From: Halomicronema hongdechloris C2206
Lineage (GTDB): Bacteria > Cyanobacteriota > Cyanobacteriia > Phormidesmidales > Phormidesmidaceae
Assembly (NCBI RefSeq): GCF_002075285.3
Contig: NZ_CP021983.2
Location: 360,001-392,000, forward strand
Reading direction: 5' to 3'
DNA: 32,000 nucleotides
The notes under the pieces are model-generated. The model was not told the DNA's origin. It did not search any database and saw only the letters and a list, made by a program, of their open reading frames with translations. Of this stretch, positions 1 to 7,205 are shown one piece after another. The stretch's first letter is position 1, and every line of letters begins with the position of its first letter. Position numbers and translations under genes: made by a program.

Positions 1-621
1 GGCGTGACGCCGGGTTTCACCCAGATGCAGATTCTCTATCGCGTAGTGCGGAGGCACCTCCTGTTGGGTGCGAGCCCCGAAGACGCTTGCAGGTTGGCCA
101 AGTACGAAGCCAGCTTTGGTGGCACCATGCGCGGGAATCTCGTTCGGATGCTGGACGAGCTCGGGGTGCCGGAACTCCTCGAGGTCGCATCCACCGCCGA
201 TCTCTTTGGTTCCAGTTCCCATCTTCTGCACACCACTTCGGCTGTTCGGTACCCGACGTTCCTCCACGGGCAGAACTACACTGGCAGTCAGCCGCGGCTC
301 GTGAGGTCCGCCTTCTTGATGCGATACGTTCGGGACGTTCTTGCGCCGGAGCTGTCCCGGCTCCATGCTGCAGTCTTCGTTCCACTCGGCAAGAGCGTCG
401 CCGAGGCCTTGGAGCTACTGGAGACCGAGCAGCGCATCCCGGCTGGTCGAACGCTACATGGATTCCCACATCCATCGGGCGCGAACGGTCACCGCGCGCG
501 GCAATTCGAGAAGGGGAAGCCCGCGATGAGGCGGCGGTTCGAGGAGATCTTGTGTGGAGGTGCCTCGGCGGGCGCTGTCCAACAACAGCATGCAGCGGAC
601 GGCGCTGCGCGCCGCCGCTGA
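1..621 (+). CDS. Uracil-DNA glycosylase superfamily-like protein, copy A, 5' end cut by window edge
   Basis: The reading frame is open from base 1. Its 205 aa are identical to the C-terminal 205 aa of ORF 6380..7183. UDG-superfamily-like motifs GVTPGF (motif 1, GxxPG type) and HGFPHPSGANG (motif 2, HPS type). Confidence 0.7.
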   Translation, partial: GVTPGFTQMQILYRVVRRHLLLGASPEDACRLAKYEASFGGTMRGNLVRMLDELGVPELLEVASTADLFGSSSHLLHTTSAVRYPTFLHGQNYTGSQPRLVRSAFLMRYVRDVLAPELSRLHAAVFVPLGKSVAEALELLETEQRIPAGRTLHGFPHPSGANGHRARQFEKGKPAMRRRFEEILCGGASAGAVQQQHAADGAARRR

Positions 622-636
622 TGCCACACGTTAGGC
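577..636 (+). other. attC-type recombination site (60 bp) of the UDG-like cassette, copy A
   Basis: Inverse core GTCCAAC (577-583, fits RYYYAAC) and core GTTAGGC (630-636, fits GTTRRRY). The arm GCAGCGGACGGCGC pairs with GCGCGCCGCCGCTG, leaving one unpaired A in the 5' arm. The site overlaps the stop codon of the ORF. Confidence 0.75.
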
Positions 637-664
637 GGCGCTCCGCGCACTCGGAGGTACGACC

Positions 665-955
665 ATGGAGCTCGTATTCGCCCTACTCGTTGTCGCGATT
701 CTCGCTAGCCTGCCTGCAGCCGTGCTCGTTGTTGGCGTCTTCACAGCTCACGCCAGGCCCGACTCGCCTCTGCTTCGGCACTGGCGGCTCGTTGCCACCG
801 TCGGTTTCTCGGCCTGGGCCTTGCTCACCCTGGTCTCGCACCTCTCCGACGCCCCTGGCTACACGGGCATCGGTTCCGGTCTTGGCATTCTCCTTTTGGT
901 GTTCGTCTTTATCGCCCGCTCCAGAGCTTCCACTCTCTCCTCGGGCACGGCATAG
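665..955 (+). CDS. Small hydrophobic membrane protein (96 aa, about 3 predicted TM segments), single-gene cassette
   Basis: ATG is preceded by GGAGG about 7 nt upstream. Three hydrophobic stretches (LVFALLVVAILASLPAAVLVVGVF, LVATVGFSAWALLTLV, GLGILLLVFVFIA). The ORF is bounded by attC sites on both sides. Confidence 0.55.
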   Translation: MELVFALLVVAILASLPAAVLVVGVFTAHARPDSPLLRHWRLVATVGFSAWALLTLVSHLSDAPGYTGIGSGLGILLLVFVFIARSRASTLSSGTA

Positions 956-976
956 CCGCCCAGGGTGCATCGCGCC

Positions 977-1145
977 GCCTAACAAGGCGCTGCAGCTGAC
1001 GAGCGCCACGGGAGTCGAATCGGTCCAACGCCGCCCAAAGCGCGCTCCGCGCGCAGGGCGGCTCGTGCCAGCTGGCGGCCACCTCCTGTGGCACAATCGG
1101 GGCTCCACCAGCGGCGCTCGCAGCTGAGCGCCTGATCCGTTAGCT
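977..1145 (+). other. attC-type recombination site, unusually long (169 bp)
   Basis: Inverse core GCCTAAC (977-983) and core GTTAGCT (1139-1145). The 5' arm GGCGCTGCAGCTGACGAGCGCC pairs with the 3' arm GGCGCTCGCAGCTGAGCGCC, leaving two unpaired bases in the 5' arm. The central part holds an extra GC-rich hairpin (GCCGCCC..GCGCGC / GCGCGC..GGGCGGC). Confidence 0.65.
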
Positions 1146-1246
1146 GTCTGCCTACAGCAAGCATCTACCTGTGGACGCTCCTGGAAGTTTGGGGCATCTT
1201 AGACTTATGCCTTAATCAGTTACCGCTGGAATGGAGTAGCTAGAGA

Positions 1247-2395
1247 ATGAGTAGCTCTGCTTACGAAGGGTTCAACGAAGAGAGCTTCTTCGACCGTGTT
1301 GAAGCTCAGTTTGTTAAGAAAGCCCCTAATTTGTCTCAGACGCTTAACATTGCCGTCATTGGAAAAGTCAGTGCGGGGAAAAGTTCCTTAATTAATGCCT
1401 TGCTTAAGCTGAGTCGTCGGCAAGCGTTAGAAATTGCTAAAGTTGGTGCCACATCAGGAGTAACTACTGATCTAACAATCCTCAAGCTAGATGAAAAAGT
1501 ACATCTTGTCGATTCCCCTGGGCTTGATGATGTTCGTACTGAGAATAGCGAGCTAACAAAGAAGTTTCTTAAGCATATAGATGTTGGTATATTTGTAGTA
1601 ACTGGCTCCTCAGATTCCTCACAAAAGAAAAACTTAGATGATTTGCGACAGCATTGCGATGCTATTTTTGTCGTCCTAAATAAAATCGATGAATGGGATG
1701 ACTTAGATCCATCTGTCTTAGAAGATATTATTCAACAGTGGAAGACTGATCTTGAAGTAGAGAAAATATACCCAACTTGTGCAAAGGGTTACGATCCTAA
1801 AAGTCGTCTCCCTACAATGGATATCAGAGGTGTTGCAAAACTCCGGAATGACATTGGGGATTTCCTTGAAAAAAAAGGTAAAGACCTATTGTTAGCTAGG
1901 CACATGGCCCAGAAACAATCTCATGCGGTTAAAATTATTGCAGTAGCTTTAGCCGCTGTAGCTGGAGAAGCTTTTATACCTGGTAGTGCCATTTATATTA
2001 CAGCTACGCAAGGAGCCGCAATTGCATCTCTGTCTTATCTTTATACTGGCGAAATCCTATCTGCTGAATCGACCCTAAGCATTTTACCTAAATTCGTTGC
2101 TGAGACAGCAGGCTCTAATCTTTTTCTGTTTGTAAAATCCTTCTTGCCTCCAACAGGTATCGTCGATGTCGCTGCTGCTGGAGTTGCAGTTGTCATTACG
2201 CTAGCATTGCTTGCGACAGTTAATTATCTACTTTCCAATGGAGAGGAGCTGGAGCAGGAAGAACTTCTGCGCTCCAAGTTTAGAACATATCATCAGCAAG
2301 CAAAAGATACTTTTAAGGAGTTGGCATTAACTGACGTGCGTGATCTTCCTAGCTGGACAAAACTTGTAAACAAGTTTCTTGGCAGTCGTCAATAA
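1247..2395 (+). CDS. P-loop TRAFAC-class GTPase (MMR_HSR1/YfjP-like) with a hydrophobic, DUF697-like C-terminal region
   Basis: G1 GKVSAGKS (Lys45), G3 DSPG and G4 NKID motifs occur in canonical order. The C-terminal ~150 aa is rich in Ala/Gly/Ile hydrophobic segments (AVKIIAVALAAVAGEAFIPGSAIYI..., GIVDVAAAGVAVVITLALLATVNYLL). GGAG-like RBS before the ATG. Confidence 0.8.
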   Translation: MSSSAYEGFNEESFFDRVEAQFVKKAPNLSQTLNIAVIGKVSAGKSSLINALLKLSRRQALEIAKVGATSGVTTDLTILKLDEKVHLVDSPGLDDVRTENSELTKKFLKHIDVGIFVVTGSSDSSQKKNLDDLRQHCDAIFVVLNKIDEWDDLDPSVLEDIIQQWKTDLEVEKIYPTCAKGYDPKSRLPTMDIRGVAKLRNDIGDFLEKKGKDLLLARHMAQKQSHAVKIIAVALAAVAGEAFIPGSAIYITATQGAAIASLSYLYTGEILSAESTLSILPKFVAETAGSNLFLFVKSFLPPTGIVDVAAAGVAVVITLALLATVNYLLSNGEELEQEELLRSKFRTYHQQAKDTFKELALTDVRDLPSWTKLVNKFLGSRQ

Positions 2396-2474
2396 TTGAT
2401 GTTCCTTACTTATTAGACCATATTCTGGATTTGACAATTTAATTGGGTTATTCTGAAAGCATTTTTAGAGTTAG

Positions 2475-3332
2475 GTGATGGAAGTAATGCCTAAACAGTA
2501 TCAACCTCAAGACCTGTTCGAAATTGTAGCTGATACCGTTATCAGTATAAAGACAAAGGATGGTTCTGGTAGTGGAGTTATTTTTAACAAAAATGGTATC
2601 GCGGTTACTAACAGACACGTTGTTGACACTAATACTAAAGCTCTAGTTGGCTTGAGAAACGGCGATAAGTTTATTGGTAAAGTCATTCGTTCGTATTCAG
2701 ATATTGATTTAGCCTTTGTAAAATTTGACTTAACTAAGTCTTCATTGCTCAGATCTTCTCTAATTTTTTCTGGTGAAGACTTTAGCCCATGTTGCCAGCG
2801 GAAACTTAAAGTTGGGGAGCCTGTGTTTGCAATTGGTCATCCAATGGGTCTTGACTATACCCTGACTCAGGGCATCATTAGTTCTATAGAAAGAACAATT
2901 GAGGCGGCTAAGTTTATTCAAATAGATGTGTCTATTAATCCCGGCAACAGTGGTGGTGCCCTTTACACAGCTTATGGAGAATTGGCTGGTATCAATACAA
3001 TGGGTTACGTGAATTCAGAACATCTAAATTTTGCCATACCCATTGATGAAGTGGTTAAACGATATTCTACTTGGCTTGAAGAAGAGGCTAAAGGATTTAC
3101 ACGCTATTGTGCAGTGTGTGGTTTCTCATCCATTGACGATAAATATTGTGAGAATTGTGGTGCTTCTCTCAAAAGAGATTCTAGTCAAGAAGATGATTTT
3201 TTAAGCAAATCAGATCTTGCAGAAGACGTGAAGATGAGTATGAAAAGTGATGCCTTGGCAACTTGCAAAGCTTGCGGGACATCTGTTTCATCAAGTCTCA
3301 AATATTGTTCAACCTGTGGTTCTACTTTATAA
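2475..3332 (+). CDS. Trypsin-like (S1/DegP-type core) serine protease without signal peptide or PDZ, with two C-terminal zinc ribbons
   Basis: Catalytic triad context TNRH48VV, D78LAFVKF and NPGNS159GGAL. The C-terminus carries CAVC-x11-CENC and CKAC-x11-CSTC. The start may be the ATG at 2478. Confidence 0.85.
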   Translation: MMEVMPKQYQPQDLFEIVADTVISIKTKDGSGSGVIFNKNGIAVTNRHVVDTNTKALVGLRNGDKFIGKVIRSYSDIDLAFVKFDLTKSSLLRSSLIFSGEDFSPCCQRKLKVGEPVFAIGHPMGLDYTLTQGIISSIERTIEAAKFIQIDVSINPGNSGGALYTAYGELAGINTMGYVNSEHLNFAIPIDEVVKRYSTWLEEEAKGFTRYCAVCGFSSIDDKYCENCGASLKRDSSQEDDFLSKSDLAEDVKMSMKSDALATCKACGTSVSSSLKYCSTCGSTL

Positions 3333-3349
3333 AAGTGAGTTGAGGTAAT

Positions 3350-3856
3350 ATGGGAATTTTTGGGGATTTAATTGAAGGGGTTGGTAGCCTTCTAGGAAAC
3401 AAGCAAGATAACGAGGTTTCAGTTGGAAGCTATATTCAAATTGTAGAAGCTTTACTTAAAGAACTTGGCGTAGATATCAAAGAGTCTAGACTTGACCTTG
3501 AATCTAAAAATGACAGGGGTTGGGTAATTCAGAAAGGTAGTGCCCAGATCATTATTCTGATAGCAGAAAATGATGAAGACGATGATCCTACTATAGAAGT
3601 GGTTTCACCCATTCTGAAACTTCCCTCTCAAAACATTCTGCCGTTTTATCGCCGATGCCTTGAACTCAATAGAGGTTTGATTGGATGTGCTGTTTGTGTC
3701 AGTGAAGATAAGGTTTTGGTGAGAGCAGAAATACCTCTCAGCGGTCTAAGTCTGGAAAGTATTGCATTGATGATCTTTAATGTCGCAGGAGCGGCAGATC
3801 AACTAGATGATGAACTAGCAGAAGAGTTCGGTGCTAAGTTATACGATGAATCCTAA
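3350..3856 (+). CDS. YbjN-like (type III secretion chaperone-like fold) small acidic protein
   Basis: ATG lies 17 nt after the protease stop, with a GAGG RBS. The sequence pattern resembles the YbjN family (WVIQKGSAQIIILI...IEVVSPILKLP...LPFYRRCLELNRGLIGCAVCV...DKVLVRAEIPL...ADQLDDELAEEFG). The call is by eye only. Confidence 0.6.
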   Translation: MGIFGDLIEGVGSLLGNKQDNEVSVGSYIQIVEALLKELGVDIKESRLDLESKNDRGWVIQKGSAQIIILIAENDEDDDPTIEVVSPILKLPSQNILPFYRRCLELNRGLIGCAVCVSEDKVLVRAEIPLSGLSLESIALMIFNVAGAADQLDDELAEEFGAKLYDES

Positions 3857-3971
3857 ACCACAAATTGACCGTGGTTGATTGCTAAGACTATCACTTGGTA
3901 GCAATTTCATTTTGGATAGACAATATTCACGTTGCCCCTATTTTATTGTGCCCCTTAGCCGAGTCCAAACT

Positions 3972-4250
3972 ATGCAAATCACCCTCGACTTACCTGAAGA
4001 ACTGCTTCAATACTTTGATCAAGATCACCTTTCTCGTGAAATTTTAGAGGCATTAGCGGTACAAGCCTATCAAACTGAAAAAATTACTAGTGCTCAAGTT
4101 GGTCGTATTCTGGGTCTACCCTCTCGCTGGGCAGTGGATAGCTTTTTGAAGCAACATTGTGCCTATTTACATTACGATGAGACAGACCTGGAGAGCGATC
4201 GTGAAACCCTTCGCCAACTTCGTGCGAATCGAGCTAATAGCGCCTCATGA
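3972..4250 (+). CDS. UPF0175-family antitoxin-like protein
   Basis: The ATG at 3972 is preferred over the TTG at 3879. MQITLDLPEELL...EALAVQAYQTEKITSAQVGRILGL is typical of UPF0175. It overlaps the downstream gene by 4 nt (ATGA). Confidence 0.75.
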   Translation: MQITLDLPEELLQYFDQDHLSREILEALAVQAYQTEKITSAQVGRILGLPSRWAVDSFLKQHCAYLHYDETDLESDRETLRQLRANRANSAS

Positions 4251-4717
4251 TCGCCGTCTCTGATACTTCGCCAGTTAATTATTTGCTGCTGATTGACCAG
4301 ATTGATCTGCTTCCTCGCTTGTTTCAGCAAATCATCATTCCCGATGTGGTTCGGAAGGAAATGCTTGATCCCTTGGCACCACCTGCCCTTCAACAATGGA
4401 TTACTCATCCTCCTTCTTGGCTTACAGTCCAAACTGTTTCCGGGGTTGATACAACCCTCAATGCCCTTGATCCAGGAGAACAAGCTGCCATCACCCTTGC
4501 TCAAACCTTGCCAGCAGATTTGCTGATTATCGATGAACGATTGGGAAGACGTGTCGCTAGCGATCGGGGAATCCCGATTATCGGCACCCTTGGAATTCTA
4601 GATGATGCCGCAAGTCAAGGGTTGATAGAACTAGCAGATGCAATCGCTCGATTGCAACAGACGAATTTCCGTATTTCTCGTCGCATTATTCAAACATTGC
4701 TGGAAAATAGAGCATAG
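4247..4717 (+). CDS. DUF3368 / PIN-like nuclease toxin-like protein
   Basis: N-terminal VSDTSPVNYLLLI and C-terminal DPGEQAAITLAQ...LLIIDERLGRRVA...GIPIIGTLGIL match the DUF3368 PIN-like pattern. It is translationally coupled to the UPF0175 gene. Confidence 0.75.
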   Translation: MIAVSDTSPVNYLLLIDQIDLLPRLFQQIIIPDVVRKEMLDPLAPPALQQWITHPPSWLTVQTVSGVDTTLNALDPGEQAAITLAQTLPADLLIIDERLGRRVASDRGIPIIGTLGILDDAASQGLIELADAIARLQQTNFRISRRIIQTLLENRA

Positions 4718-4747
4718 TACAAGTAGGTAGGGTCGGCGAGGAAAGCC

Positions 4748-4833
4748 AGCTAACACTGCGTGGCAGCGGACGGGCGAAAGTCACTGGTTTTAAGTTCAAG
4801 GTTGCCTGCCGCCGCTGCACTTCACCGTTAGCT
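4748..4833 (+). other. attC-type recombination site (86 bp)
   Basis: Inverse core AGCTAAC (4748-4754) and core GTTAGCT (4827-4833). The arm GCAGCGG-A-CGG pairs with CCGCCGCTGC, with an unpaired A. It is near-identical in layout and length to 6258..6343. Confidence 0.75.
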
Positions 4834-4910
4834 GTCATACGCTCTAGGCTCAGCGGGTGCTACCAACACGAATGAATGTGTAGACAGTTTGCTCAGTTAA
4901 GCTAAAATTC

Positions 4911-5687
4911 ATGAATGCTGCTGGTCAGGATGAGCGATCACTGATAATGGAGACTTCTCTAGTTCATTACGTTGAAAAGACTGATCTAATCAACAAGACA
5001 GAAATTGAAAAAGTTATATTGTTAGCCTCTTACTATCAAAGAAATGGTCAGAATGATTTTGAGTTCACAATAGAGTCTGTGTGCAATTGGTTTGAAACTT
5101 TAGGTTTACATAAACCGAATAAGTCAAGACTGAAACAAAAAATTAGCAAATCTCGTTCTTTTGTTAAGGGGAAAACTAAAAATTCTTATAGAATCCACGC
5201 CAGCGAAATTCAAGCTATTTATAAAAAATATCCTTTTTTGGAAGAGCCATCTGAGGAAATACTATCAACTGATACGATTTTGCCCGCTCCCCTATATGAA
5301 AATACACGTGGATATATAGAATCTTTATCCAAACAAATCAATGCCTCCTACGAGAATAATATATTTGATGGATGTGCAGTTTTAATGCGAAGACTTCTAG
5401 AGATATGCTTAATTCACTCATATGAACATCAAGGCATTGATTCAGAAATAAAAGACTCTCAAGGGAATTATGAAGTACTTTCTAAAATTGTTTCTAATGC
5501 TTTGAATAATTCGAAGCTCTCCCTTTCAAGAAATACCAAAACTTGCTTGGAGGATTTTCGTGCGATTGGGAATTATTCTGCACATAAGATTTATTATAAC
5601 GCAAGAAAAACGGATATAAAGAAGGTGGTTTTAGAGTATAGGGCAACGATTGAGGAGTTACTGTACAAAAGTGGAATTCGAACATAG
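4911..5687 (+). CDS. Hypothetical protein with an N-terminal wHTH-like module and a C-terminal DUF4145-like domain
   Basis: The C-terminal pattern CAVLMRRLLEICL...LEDFRAIGNYSAHKIYY...IEELLY resembles DUF4145. The N-terminal ~100 aa is similar to the C-terminus of the next ORF. Confidence 0.6.
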   Translation: MNAAGQDERSLIMETSLVHYVEKTDLINKTEIEKVILLASYYQRNGQNDFEFTIESVCNWFETLGLHKPNKSRLKQKISKSRSFVKGKTKNSYRIHASEIQAIYKKYPFLEEPSEEILSTDTILPAPLYENTRGYIESLSKQINASYENNIFDGCAVLMRRLLEICLIHSYEHQGIDSEIKDSQGNYEVLSKIVSNALNNSKLSLSRNTKTCLEDFRAIGNYSAHKIYYNARKTDIKKVVLEYRATIEELLYKSGIRT

Positions 5688-5691
5688 GGCA

Positions 5692-6228
5692 ATGGAACCA
5701 AGTATTTCAGCGAAGGCGAAAATAAATTTCAAAACTGGCGAGGTTGAATTCGAAGGATCGGAACAGTTTGTAGAAAATCAGCTTAATAATATAGATACCA
5801 TTGCAGAATATATGGCGCTTCTTATATCTAATAATTCTACAGATGAAGTAGACGAAATTGAGCAAGAAGAGATAGCGGCTGTTGCAGAAGAAGAAGAAGA
5901 AAAGTTGGTGACAGTTGGTGAGCAAGATCTTCATGTTCCAGATACTTTTGGTGAGTGGTTTCATGGCTTTAAGGATGATGCCAATGATCTCGACAAGGCG
6001 CTTATCACAGCTTTTTATGTGCAAAAACAAGCACCAGATAATGACTTCAAAACATCTGAAGTTAATCAGTCTTTGCAAGATCATGGCATTAAGCTTTCAA
6101 ACCCCTCAAGCTCATTGAAGCGATTAGCCTCTAAAAAACTACTTTTTCAAACCCGGAAAGTAGGAAAGCTAAAATACATGAGAGTATCTGCAGACGGCGT
6201 TAAGCATCTTAAAACGCTACGAAGATAG
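5692..6228 (+). CDS. Hypothetical acidic protein with a C-terminal wHTH-like module
   Basis: The ATG at 5692, 4 nt after the upstream stop, is preferred over the overlapping TTG at 5650. There is a poly-acidic tract (DEVDEIEQEEIAAVAEEEEE). The C-terminus ALITAFYVQKQAPDNDFKTSEV...LKRLASKKLL aligns by eye with residues ~35-100 of ORF 4911..5687. Confidence 0.55.
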   Translation: MEPSISAKAKINFKTGEVEFEGSEQFVENQLNNIDTIAEYMALLISNNSTDEVDEIEQEEIAAVAEEEEEKLVTVGEQDLHVPDTFGEWFHGFKDDANDLDKALITAFYVQKQAPDNDFKTSEVNQSLQDHGIKLSNPSSSLKRLASKKLLFQTRKVGKLKYMRVSADGVKHLKTLRR

Positions 6229-6257
6229 CATTGCTATTCCTAAGTGATCCTAAAACC

Positions 6258-6343
6258 AGCTAACACTACGTTGGTGCGGATGGAACAGAGGTTATCGGTT
6301 AGAGTTCAGGGTTGTCTGCCGCCGCACAACTTCACCGTTGGAC
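6258..6343 (+). other. attC-type recombination site (86 bp)
   Basis: Inverse core AGCTAAC (6258-6264) and perfect core GTTGGAC (6337-6343). The arm GTGCGG-A-TGG pairs with CCGCCGCAC, with the same unpaired A. Confidence 0.75.
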
Positions 6344-6379
6344 AGCGCTCGAACACGATCGTGAAACGCACAGTGCCCG

Positions 6380-7183
6380 ATGAGAGAAGTGCTATCTGAA
6401 CACCTAGCCACGTTCATCCGGTCCCTCCCGGAGAAGCGCGAGTACGCCCGCGACGATCTTCTCGTTCCTGCGCTGAAGGTCGCCGAGGATGCCGACAAGG
6501 GGCTTGCCGTGTACGACGCTCCGTTCGGCTGGGGCAACCAAGAAGCGCGTGTGGCCCTGATTGGCGTGACGCCGGGTTTCACCCAGATGCAGATTCTCTA
6601 TCGCGTAGTGCGGAGGCACCTCCTGTTGGGTGCGAGCCCCGAAGACGCTTGCAGGTTGGCCAAGTACGAAGCCAGCTTTGGTGGCACCATGCGCGGGAAT
6701 CTCGTTCGGATGCTGGACGAGCTCGGGGTGCCGGAACTCCTCGAGGTCGCATCCACCGCCGATCTCTTTGGTTCCAGTTCCCATCTTCTGCACACCACTT
6801 CGGCTGTTCGGTACCCGACGTTCCTCCACGGGCAGAACTACACTGGCAGTCAGCCGCGGCTCGTGAGGTCCGCCTTCTTGATGCGATACGTTCGGGACGT
6901 TCTTGCGCCGGAGCTGTCCCGGCTCCATGCTGCAGTCTTCGTTCCACTCGGCAAGAGCGTCGCCGAGGCCTTGGAGCTACTGGAGACCGAGCAGCGCATC
7001 CCGGCTGGTCGAACGCTACATGGATTCCCACATCCATCGGGCGCGAACGGTCACCGCGCGCGGCAATTCGAGAAGGGGAAGCCCGCGATGAGGCGGCGGT
7101 TCGAGGAGATCTTGTGTGGAGGTGCCTCGGCGGGCGCTGTCCAACAACAGCATGCAGCGGACGGCGCTGCGCGCCGCCGCTGA
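6380..7183 (+). CDS. Uracil-DNA glycosylase superfamily-like protein, copy B (full length, 267 aa)
   Basis: ALIGVTPGF and HGFPHPSGANGH motifs are spaced as in UDG-fold enzymes. It is a GC-rich single-gene cassette between attC 6258..6343 and attC 7139..7198. Confidence 0.7.
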   Translation: MREVLSEHLATFIRSLPEKREYARDDLLVPALKVAEDADKGLAVYDAPFGWGNQEARVALIGVTPGFTQMQILYRVVRRHLLLGASPEDACRLAKYEASFGGTMRGNLVRMLDELGVPELLEVASTADLFGSSSHLLHTTSAVRYPTFLHGQNYTGSQPRLVRSAFLMRYVRDVLAPELSRLHAAVFVPLGKSVAEALELLETEQRIPAGRTLHGFPHPSGANGHRARQFEKGKPAMRRRFEEILCGGASAGAVQQQHAADGAARRR

Positions 7184-7198
7184 TGCCACACGTTAGGC
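6563..7198. repeat. Direct repeat copy B, matching 1..636
   Basis: Same evidence as for copy A. Divergence begins at 7199, the target duplication flanking the IS4-like element. Confidence 0.9.
7139..7198 (+). other. attC-type recombination site (60 bp) of the UDG-like cassette, copy B
   Basis: Identical to 577..636: GTCCAAC ... GTTAGGC. Confidence 0.75.
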
Positions 7199-7205
7199 TT
7201 CTCAT

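Larger units (their letters stand above)
1..636. repeat. Direct repeat copy A, matching 6563..7198; probably continues upstream of the window
   Basis: The ORF track gives identical translations in several frames and on both strands (4..621 vs the C-terminus of 6380..7183; 36..236 vs 6598..6798; 68..304 vs 6630..6866; 341..529 vs 6903..7091). Read by eye, identity ends right after GTTAGGC (636 / 7198). Confidence 0.9.

Noticed and set aside
87-1127. A 346-aa + strand ORF, plus the overlapping ORFs 68..304, 341..529, 683..1108(-), 909..1094(-) and 979..1164(-).
   Set aside because: It lies in very GC-rich DNA, where long spurious ORFs are expected. It overlaps the better-supported UDG-like and membrane-protein ORFs and runs straight through two attC sites. 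The sequence is Arg/Pro/Ser/Ala-biased with no motifs.
3879-3904. The palindrome TTGCTA-n14-TAGCAA between the YbjN-like gene and the TA pair, considered as a cryptic attC or terminator.
   Set aside because: It has no AAC/GTT core boxes and none of the family-specific GCAGCGG/CCGCCGC arms. It has no U-tract. It is too short and AT-rich compared with the six sites accepted.
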